This document shows, piece after piece, positions 21,251-29,751 of a stretch of DNA of 29,751 nucleotides. The stretch comes from Ginkgo biloba (Eukaryota > Plantae > Ginkgophyta): contig JANKJI020000002.1 of NCBI GenBank assembly GCA_024626585.2, positions 247,763,471 to 247,793,221 of the forward strand, in the 5' to 3' direction. The number at the start of each line of letters is the position of its first letter. The first letter of the stretch is position 1. Both the position numbers and the translations under genes were made by a program. The notes beneath the pieces are model-generated. The model was not told the origin of the DNA and ran no database searches. It worked only from the letters and a program-made list of their open reading frames with translations.

Positions 21251-22015
21251 NNNNNNNNNNNNNNNNNNNNNNNNNNNNNNNNNNNNNNNNNNNNNNNNNN
21301 NNNNNNNNNNNNNNNNNNNNNNNNNNNNNNNNNNNNNNNNNNNNNNNNNNATTTTATGCTTAAGTTTAAATACAAGAGTAAAAATGTATTCCGAAGGTGC
21401 TGAAGTTGAGAACCTATGGTCACATGTTGAAAATGGCTACACTCATTTTGAAGAGTTATTGTTTGTTGAAATTAAGTGTTGAAAATATAACGGAGTCATA
21501 AATCTAATGTATTTTTTGTTGAAAAAGGTCATATGCGATCATTTTGAGATTTTGCATATGATCGATGAATTTGTGTTTTGATTTTGATTATTAACATGTT
21601 GATCGAGGTATTTAAAGNNNNNNNNNNNNNNNNNNNNNNNNNNNNNNNNNNNNNNNNNNNNNNNNNNNNNNNNNNNNNNNNNNNNNNNNNNNNNNNNNNN
21701 NNATTTAAAGAAATTCTAACACTTTGTGAGGTGATTGAACAATTTGAAAATAAAAAATAATTAAATATTCACTTTTGTGGTGTGGCGAGGCTATATTAAG
21801 TTGATGGTGGTATGTTTTATGATTTGTGGTGCGATTTTTGTTTTCATATTTTTTTCTTTAAATTTTTGAAAAAAATGGCAACTATAAGTATGAGTGCAAT
21901 AATAAATTATGCCTTTTGTAATCTTCCTTTTATTCTTATAAGAAATATTGGTATCCCTGAACAAAATTTTCAGCAAGAGGNNNNNNNNNNNNNNNNNNNN
22001 NNNNNNNNNNNNNNA

Positions 22016-22801
22016 TAGACATCTAAAGAGAGATTATCATAAGTTGCCATATCAGTAGAGATAACAACAATAAAGGAAGTACATAGGTCAATGTCATCAC
22101 TCATCTCAGAGAGATGAGAAAGGCATAAAGTTGTTCATAGCATCTAATAAAGTGAGAAATGATCCGTATGATGCATGTTATATTAATTATAGAGAAACTA
22201 GACACATCACTGGGGGATTAAAATAATTCAAGCATATGTGGGAGGCGACAAGGCAAATAGTCACATTAGGTGATGGCATAGTACTGAAGGTGAAAGGGAT
22301 TAATCAAGTTCCCATCATCACACTGAAGAGAGAAACATAACACATATAGATGATGTTATCTATGTACATGGTTTGAAGGTAAACCTTATCTATGTAGCAT
22401 AGATTGAACAATGAAAATGAGTTTTATTTCTTAACACAATAAATGCACTATTAGATAGATAAAAGAAAGTGGTATATGAAGGTATTGGAGAAGACAACTT
22501 GTATAAGTTGAATAGAAGATCTAAAAATTAAAGAGCCTTTAATGTTGCATCCCAGAAGCAAAAGTTATGGCATGAAAGGATGTGTCTTTTACATTTCATG
22601 AGTCTTTAATTGTTGTATAAGCTGAATATAGTAAATGGCCCTCCTAGAATCACAATTAAAAATTATTTGTATGAACCTTGTATCATGGGTAAATAACACA
22701 AGGAACTGTTCTCCAAAAGGAAAGTTTAGAGAGTGAAGGAGAAACTCGAGTTGGTTCACTCAGACATTTAAGGACTAATGCCGACTACATTACTTGGAGG
22801 G
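22016..22801 (+). pseudogene. pol: Degenerate Ty1/copia polyprotein fragment (end of zinc knuckle, protease, GAG-pre-integrase, start of integrase)
   Basis: HLKRD...CYINYRETRHITG (WYIDSGA.RHMTG)...VTLGDGIVLKVKG...DVIYVHGLKVNLI.V...DNLYKL...KLWHERM...VNGPP...EPCIMGK*HK..F...LELVHSDI*GLMPTTLLGG. PR-INT order identifies it as copia. Flanked by gaps. Confidence 0.92.
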
Positions 22802-24664
22802 NNNNNNNNNNNNNNNNNNNNNNNNNNNNNNNNNNNNNNNNNNNNNNNNNNNNNNNNNNNNNNNNNNNNNNNNNNNNNNNNNNNNNNNNNNNNNNNNNNN
22901 NCATACTATTATTTCATATTATTGAAAATTATAGTATTGTTTCATATAGATGCATTTACATATATTATCGTAGGAACAATAGGAAGCAATCTATTTCTAG
23001 GGTTTTTAGTATTGATTTTCAAATTATATTTGATGGCATGCTAAAGAGGCAACATGCATGTTTCTAGTACTAGATTCTAAATTATTTTTAGGGTTTTTAG
23101 TATTGCATGTATGTTATGTATATTGCATTTGAAATATGTGTATAACCCATTTAAATGTGTGTATGTTATGTTTTCTAGTATAACCCATTTCCTACTTCTC
23201 ACTTTCTAGAGCATGCAACCATTGATAGAGAATGGCCTAGACTTGAGAGGATATTAATTAAAAGGAATGACCTTAGACACTTGGGAGAAACAATTGGCAA
23301 AAAATCATAATAATAAGCTTTTAGTTGTATCATTGTGCTTGTAAACAAATATTACAATTTGATTCTCTTCTTGTAGTAGTTTATCTTTTAAGAACAAAAA
23401 CTAACCTACTTGTTAAGCACTATTCAATAAAATTATTAAACTAATATTCTCAAGTAATTATTGGAAAATGACCTTAAATTAAATGAAGTAAATTCTTGTA
23501 AGGCTTGAATAGTAGGCTTATGTATGAAATTAAAAGGTAAATGATCCCTTATACACATATATTTCTAGGTGGATATAGACTCAAGAACAAGAAATAAAAA
23601 GGATCATGTTCCATATATGAGAATAAAGGTCATGCAACATGCGAACTGCACAAAATACAAAGGCAACCATAAATTCTATCATTGTTCCATTTACACCCTT
23701 TCACAATCACAACTTCAAAAGAAACCCTAATAAGTGGTTATTTTGTGTTCAATTCATAATCTAACATTTGATCCATGCCATAGCGCTTGTTTGGTCCATA
23801 CTAGATATGTTGTTAACTATTTATACCTTATTACAACAGATCCACTTTGGATATGTCATTTATTTATACCAAAATAATACCTAAATATTCAATGGACATA
23901 GATGAGGATGAGGGAACTATGGATCCTGAATATTACACCCTTCACTTGATGTCTTTAGTACTTATATTGTATTCTCTAGCTTAGTAAACCACAACCAAAG
24001 CTCCTAGTCAAGTCACTTTAGCTTGAAGTAATTTTAAAAGTAAGGTTCAANNNNNNNNNNNNNNNNNNNNNNNNNNNNTTGCATGTACAAAGTTGTCCTA
24101 TCAACATTCTAGGCCATTTATAATGACAAGTCATCAACAAAAATTGCTACTAGTTATGATTGACCTTGGAATGTAGTATAAATAATAGATGGATGATTGT
24201 ATGTATTAATAATAAAATAGAATGCAGGAGAACCTTTAACCAACATTTAAAATAAAGACCTACTAAAACTTGATGATATAAAAGTACTTGAGATGATACA
24301 TTCTTATCATAACAAGTATAATCATAGGCCATCACAAGTATAATAAAAGGAGGTTATGCCTTTGGATTATCATAGGAATTGGTTTCTAAGGTTTCTATTA
24401 ATTAGAAATTTGTGTTTTCTCACATCCGAAAGAGACAACCTAAAAACCCTATATACATAGGTAGAATTAGGTTTTGATCTATATCTTAGTGGGTGAGTTA
24501 ATATTTCCTAATGTAAATAATTACTAATTCTTTGTTGTATTTTATTTTAATAAAATAATTAATATTTCTGTGTCTAGAACTTCCATGAAACTCTACTATT
24601 TAAATCTAAAAACTCAAGAAAAAAATAAATATTGGAAACACATAAATTCTCACATTAACCAATT

Positions 24665-24712
24665 AGGTGTGGAGGTTTTCTTTCTCAATGGAGGTGTGGA
24701 GGTTTTCTTTCT
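24665..24712 (+). repeat. Exact 21-bp direct repeat, period 27
   Basis: AGGTGTGGAGGTTTTCTTTCT at 24665 and 24692. Confidence 0.85.
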
Positions 24713-25726
24713 TCTACACAAAACCACTCTCACAAGTATGTTCTTCCTTCTTGTTGTTTTCATAGAGAATCCACTCTCCCTTCTCTATGGATGTGTTGCT
24801 AATTTCTCTGTGTTAGTGACTTCTATCTATCTATATGTATATCTCTCATTGTCTATCCTTGTCCTTTCTTTCATCTCGTCTTTCATTTTTTATAGCCACA
24901 CATGTAGTTAAACTATCATGTAACTGAACATCTATTGGATTGTGAATTAGGCTCTATCGAGTCCATTTGTTAATTTTTTCTTTGTAAGCTTTATCTTTGA
25001 TGGTCATAGTTGGTTTTGATCTTTTTCTATCGTTGGTTTTATCTTATCGATCGTCGAATTTTTATCTTGTCNNNNNNNNNNNNNNNNNNNNNNNNNNNNN
25101 NNNNNNNNNNNNNNNNNNNNNNNNNNNNNNNNNNNNNNNNNNNNNNNNNNNNNNNNNNNNNNNNNNNNNNNAAATATGTTGAGTATTAGTGCCTAGCGGA
25201 ACAAACCCCCTATAAATATACAGGAATGTTCCTTATTAATAAAAGGAATCCATCTCCTTGGTTGTTTGTAGGTATTCAAGCATTGAGATCTCACCATCAA
25301 TTGCTCCAAATCTCTTCTTTTACTTTTATTTTTATATAGTTTTATCTAATACTATATTTTTTCATGTCCTTTCATATTCTACCATGTAAGTACACATTCA
25401 CTAAGTGTGTTTTGATATGGTATTAACCTCGAGAGTACACACTTATACAGTATTTCTTTGTAAAGCACACAATAATATGGTATTGACTTATTCTTCATAA
25501 AAATATGATTTTTTATATTCCAATGACATGCAAACCTATTTAGTGTGCAACGAGTTGGATTTTTCTTAGGAATTCATCACCTTATTCCATCTTTTATAGA
25601 TTCTTTTGATTATCCAACTTTTCCAATGTGGCATCTTGGAACAACCCAAGAAGGATTCTTCTTACCTCCTGGATATTCTTATAAATACATAGAGATTTGA
25701 AGGATTTAGGGGAATTAGAGAATACA

Positions 25727-26455
25727 TTATTATGCTACTCAAAATTTTCTTTAAGAGCTTGAGTATTATGAAACCTTACATATATTGAGTGAAGGATTAA
25801 TAGATTGGATATATTCTAGATTGTCCTCCTTTTGACTATAGGTTTCAAAAGCTTTAGGACTCACAGGAATTGTATATATTATTTTTAGTTTTCCTTCATT
25901 CCTTAAGTTTCCTCCTCCTTTTCCTCTTTTGGGAGGGATTTTGATGTATTGATACACTACCAAATTTTCTTTTTTAGATAGAATATTTTTTACATTGGAA
26001 ACTTTGTCTTATTTGAGTTAGGGTATACTATATTGTAGTAATTCTAGATTGTTTCCTTTTTTATTATACCATCCAGAACCTTCAAGGTTGTATTTAGGAG
26101 TTCCATATCATATGAAATATTCCATCATTCTATTATTTTCCCTTATTTTTATATTATTTTGGAGCAATTTAGAACATTGATGGCGATTTCAATGACTTGA
26201 AGGCATACATAACTAAGAGTTGGATTTGTATTCTTTGGAAGGGAATTAACTAAAGTAAATTAATTTCATGTTCTCATTCTAGTTCAATACTTATTTGTAT
26301 TTGAATATTAAAAAGGAAAGATTTGTTATTTAAATGCTTAATTGTGTGATTGGATTTCTTTCTTATTTTTGAATTATTTGTTAAATTTTATTAAAAGAGG
26401 GGGTTATTGCAACTTTTTTTTTTTGTCAAATTTTTAGAGTTGGCCTTTAGTTAAT
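25727..26455 (+). repeat. Long direct repeat copy 1 (LTR-like; TATAAATA at ~25680 just upstream)
   Basis: Colinear with 28503-29210 (shared CTCCTTTTGACTATAGGTTTCAAAA, AGGGTATACTATATT, TTCTTTGGAAGGG, AATTTCATGTTC); 51 of the first 60 nt match, roughly 80% overall by eye. Confidence 0.9.
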
Positions 26456-26593
26456 TGATGTAGGTGCATCACCAAAATCTATTTATGAAATTGAAACCCT
26501 TGAAACAATTTTGTGAATAGGCAAGAAAAAATAGCATATAGGATACAAGTAAGATACTTTCATAAAACAAATTGTTAGTTCTGGTATCAATGT
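26456..26593 (+). mobile_element. Short or eroded 5' LTR (TGATG start) and PBS (26582) of CRM-like element 2
   Basis: TGATGTAG begins exactly where homology to the 28503-29210 copy ends; TGGTATCA at 26582-26589; gag follows. Confidence 0.65.
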
Positions 26594-26859
26594 TAGGTTG
26601 GTCATTGAGAGGTTGATTTTGTAAGAGGAGAAGTTGCAAGATGTTAAGGAGAGTTTCCAAAGGAATATTGGTAGTGTCCAATTGGGAAATTAAAGCCTTT
26701 AGAAGGAAAGTTGAGAAATTAAAAAATGGGAACTAGAGACATAGGCANNNNNNNNNNGATAAAGATTCAGAACCCAAAGGGGAGGAGGAAGAAGGAAAAG
26801 AACATACCTCAGGTGATGTGGTGGAACTATTGTCTAAAATGTTGAGGAATTATAAAGGA

Positions 26860-27670
26860 TTAGCCAAAGGTGAGGTCTTAGACTTTGGAGGGATCTTGAA
26901 ACTGGAGGAACTCATGGATTGGATTAGTGCTATGGAAAAGTACTTCGAGTGGGATGAGGTGGANNNNNNNNNNNNNNNNNNNNNNNNNNNAGTTAACTTG
27001 CACAAAGTTAAAAAGACACGCAAAAAATTGGTGGAAGAACTTATAGAAAGGGTGAGTGAGAAGGGGAAAAGATAAGATCAGAATATGGAATAATATGGTT
27101 TCTAAAATCAAGGGAAAGATTCTTCTTGGAGACTATAAGAAGTGACTATTCAAAGAGTTTTAAAACCTAAAATAGAATGAAAAGAGTGTACAAGGAAGGG
27201 TATACGAAGAAATTCTACAAATTTTCCATAAGGAGAAAGAATCAGGATAAGGAAGAGTATTTAGTGTTCAAATATGCCAATGGGATGAATTTTTTAATTC
27301 AAGATGAACTATCCTTACCTAGGGTGAGAACCGTAGAAGAGGCATATCAATTGGATTTGAATGTAGAGGATAAATTATCCAAAATCTCAAGGATAAGACC
27401 AATGATGAGGGGAGAAGAGACTTTAGTGTAGATATGGAGACAAGGAGGAAATATGTAGAGAATAGAGGGTTCAACCCATAGAGATAAAACATAAGGATTT
27501 AGGACTAATTTCCCACTAAGAGGAAGGGAATAAAATATTATCCAATGGGGTAGAGGATGTGGCAATTTTATATCACCAAGGGTATGAGGATTTGACTGGA
27601 GGCTTAATACATAAGGATGGAATTTCACTTTCTTTAGGTGTGTATAGCAAGGGAATCAATATTTTGAGTG
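26860..27670 (+). pseudogene. gag: gag of CRM-like gypsy element 2
   Basis: AKGEVLDFGGILKLEELMDWISAMEKYFEWDEV...KYANGMNFLIQDELSL..VRTVEEAYQL.L.VEDKL...FRCV*QGNQYFEC (CCHC remnant); clearly homologous to the 15960-16890 gag. Confidence 0.9.
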
Positions 27671-27989
27671 TTTGGTTAGAGGTGAGTATATACCAAGGAA
27701 AGAGGAACAGAGGACAAATTTGTCTCAAGAGGAGGAGAAGGTTGAATCCACCATTATTAAGAAGATAGAAAATTTGAAGACAAAAAGTAGGTTATTAGTT
27801 CTTAGGATAGGGAATTTGAATGAAAATTCCAAAGGGTATGTAAAAAATGGTTAAAAGGAGTGCGGTAAAAAAAAAAGGTTGGGTGAATTTTCTAAAGGGA
27901 GTTGGATGAATGCTCCAAGGGAGTTGAGAAAATGGCCTATGGGTAGTTTAATGAATTATCCAAACGAAGTGAAAGAGTTCAAGTAAAGA

Positions 27990-28375
27990 AGAAAATTTTT
28001 TACAATGATATTCCAATATGGATGCAAACTATATAAGGTCATTATTGAAAGTGGTATATGTGAGAATATGGTATCCATTGAGATGGTGTAAAAGATGAAA
28101 TTGCCTTATCACAAGCATGATTCACCTTACCAGATTTCATGGTTCAAGAAAGGTGGTGAAATTTTGATGAGGGAGAAATGTTTGGTTACATTTCATATTG
28201 GGAAGTATAATGATGAAGTGTGGTGTGACATTGTCCCCATGGATTCTTGTCTAATGCTATTTGGACGACCTTGGTAATTTCATAAGAGATCAATACATAA
28301 CGGTAGAAGTAATGCATACATCATTTCAAAGGATGGCAAGAGAATAAAACTTACACCAATGAAGGATGAAGAGTA
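27990..28375 (+). pseudogene. Aspartic protease of CRM-like element 2, cut by a gap
   Basis: KVIIESGICENMVSIEMV*KMKL...PYQISWFKKGGEI...KCLVTFHIGKYNDEVWCDIVPMDSCLMLFGRPW*F...HNGRSNAY...KDGKRIKL.PM. Confidence 0.92.
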
Positions 28376-28502
28376 ATCATAGGTAATTATGTACACTAAA
28401 TANNNNNNNNNNNNNNNNNNNNNNNNNNNNNNNNNNNNNNNNNNNNNNNNNNNNNNNNNNNNNNNNNNNNNNNNNNNNNNNNNNNNNNNNNNNNNNNNNN
28501 NN

Positions 28503-29751
28503 TTGTTATTCTACTAAAAATTTTCTTTGATATATTGAGTATTAAGAAACCTTTCATATATTGAGTGAAATATTGATAGATTACATAGATTTCATATTTT
28601 TCTCCTTTTGACTATAGGTTTCAAAATATTTAGAACTCATAGGAATTATATATATTATCTATAGTCTAACTTAATTCCTTGAGTTTCCTGCTGCTTTTTT
28701 TCTTTTGGGAGAGATTTTTATGTATTGATATGATGCAAATTTTCTTTTGAGATAGAATATTTTTTATATTATAAACTTTTTCTTATTTGAGTGAGGGTAT
28801 ACTATATTATAGTAATTTCAAAGTGTTTCCTTTTTTATTCTACCATCTATAACCTTTAGGGTTGTCTTTAGAAAATATTTTATCATTCCATTAGTTTCAC
28901 TTTTTTTAATCTTATTTTGGAGNNNNNNNNNNNNNNNNNNNNNNNNNNNNNNNNTTTAAACACTTGGAGGCATGCATGACTAGGAGTTGGCTTCGCATTC
29001 TTTGGAAGGGCTATTGATTTAGGTACATCAATTTCATGTTCCCATTCTAATTTTGTAATTATATATATTTTAAGTTAAAATGAAAGGATTTTTTATATAA
29101 ATTCTTGATTGTATGATTGGCTCCTTCTTTTCTTGTTTTTGAATTATTTATAGAGGGGTCATTGCAACCTATTTTTATTGGCAAATTTTTAGGGTTAGCA
29201 TTTCGTTAATTATAAAATTTATTGACTTCATTTTAACAAAGGGGGGATTGTATCTAATTTTTGGTAGATTCTCACTCTGAATCTTATTGTTATCTTGCAT
29301 TATTCCAAGAGAACTTTGATTAAGGATTTTGTCTTCACTATTTTTCTTTCCATTTCCTAGATTGCATATATTATTTTATTTTTTAGAGAAAAGAAAGTAT
29401 TTGTAGTTTAGGAAAAAGTATTTCATTCTTTGATTCCAATTTTTCTTCCTTTTCTTTGTTGATTACCTTTTTGTTAAAATAAAAGAGAATGAAATTGAAA
29501 AGAGAGTGGGGTTTGGTTGTCCATTTTATTTTCTTTTTGTTGTTTATTTCTCCCTATGTCTTTGGGAGGATTCATTAGAAAGGTTTAATATCTTCACATA
29601 CTATTTTCTTAGTGGTATATTAAATAATTAATCAAGGGGATATGAGGGGAAAATTTTGATTCATTTTTGTTTATTCTTGTGATGTATGATTTTCCCTTTT
29701 CTCTTATGTAAAAAGGAAAAGAAAAAGTAAATATCATTTTTGAATTATTGA
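28503..29751 (+). repeat. Long direct repeat copy 2 (28503-29210) and its uninterrupted LTR-like continuation
   Basis: Aligned with 25727-26455; continues as T-rich non-coding sequence to the window end. Confidence 0.8.

Noticed and set aside
1-29751. A novel multi-gene biological system
   Set aside because: Every recognisable coding trace is a stop-riddled LTR-retrotransposon domain; there is no intact ORF, operon-like layout or RNA gene.

Overview
AT-rich, CpG-depleted eukaryotic DNA from a gappy draft scaffold with about 20 N-runs, several exactly 100 N. It reads as intergenic heterochromatin from a large plant genome; gymnosperm-like is my inference only. The window is a stack of decayed, partly nested LTR retrotransposons. 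Ty3/gypsy remnants: a minus-strand gag (1-600); a gag-PR-RT-RNaseH element (~5380-7863) cut inside RNase H by a second LTR element (LTR 7864-8154 plus PBS); and two related CRM-like elements (PBS 15657 with gag-PR-RT to 18270; TGATG start 26456 with gag-PR to ~28375). There is also a Ty1/copia protease/pre-integrase fragment (22016-22801), several orphan PBS, PPT and LTR ends, a ~730 bp diverged direct repeat, and small post-insertion tandem duplications. I found no intact gene, RNA gene or CRISPR array, and I cannot support a previously undescribed biological system. The findings concern TE architecture, mutational signatures and small structural motifs. All translations, alignments and counts were done by eye.
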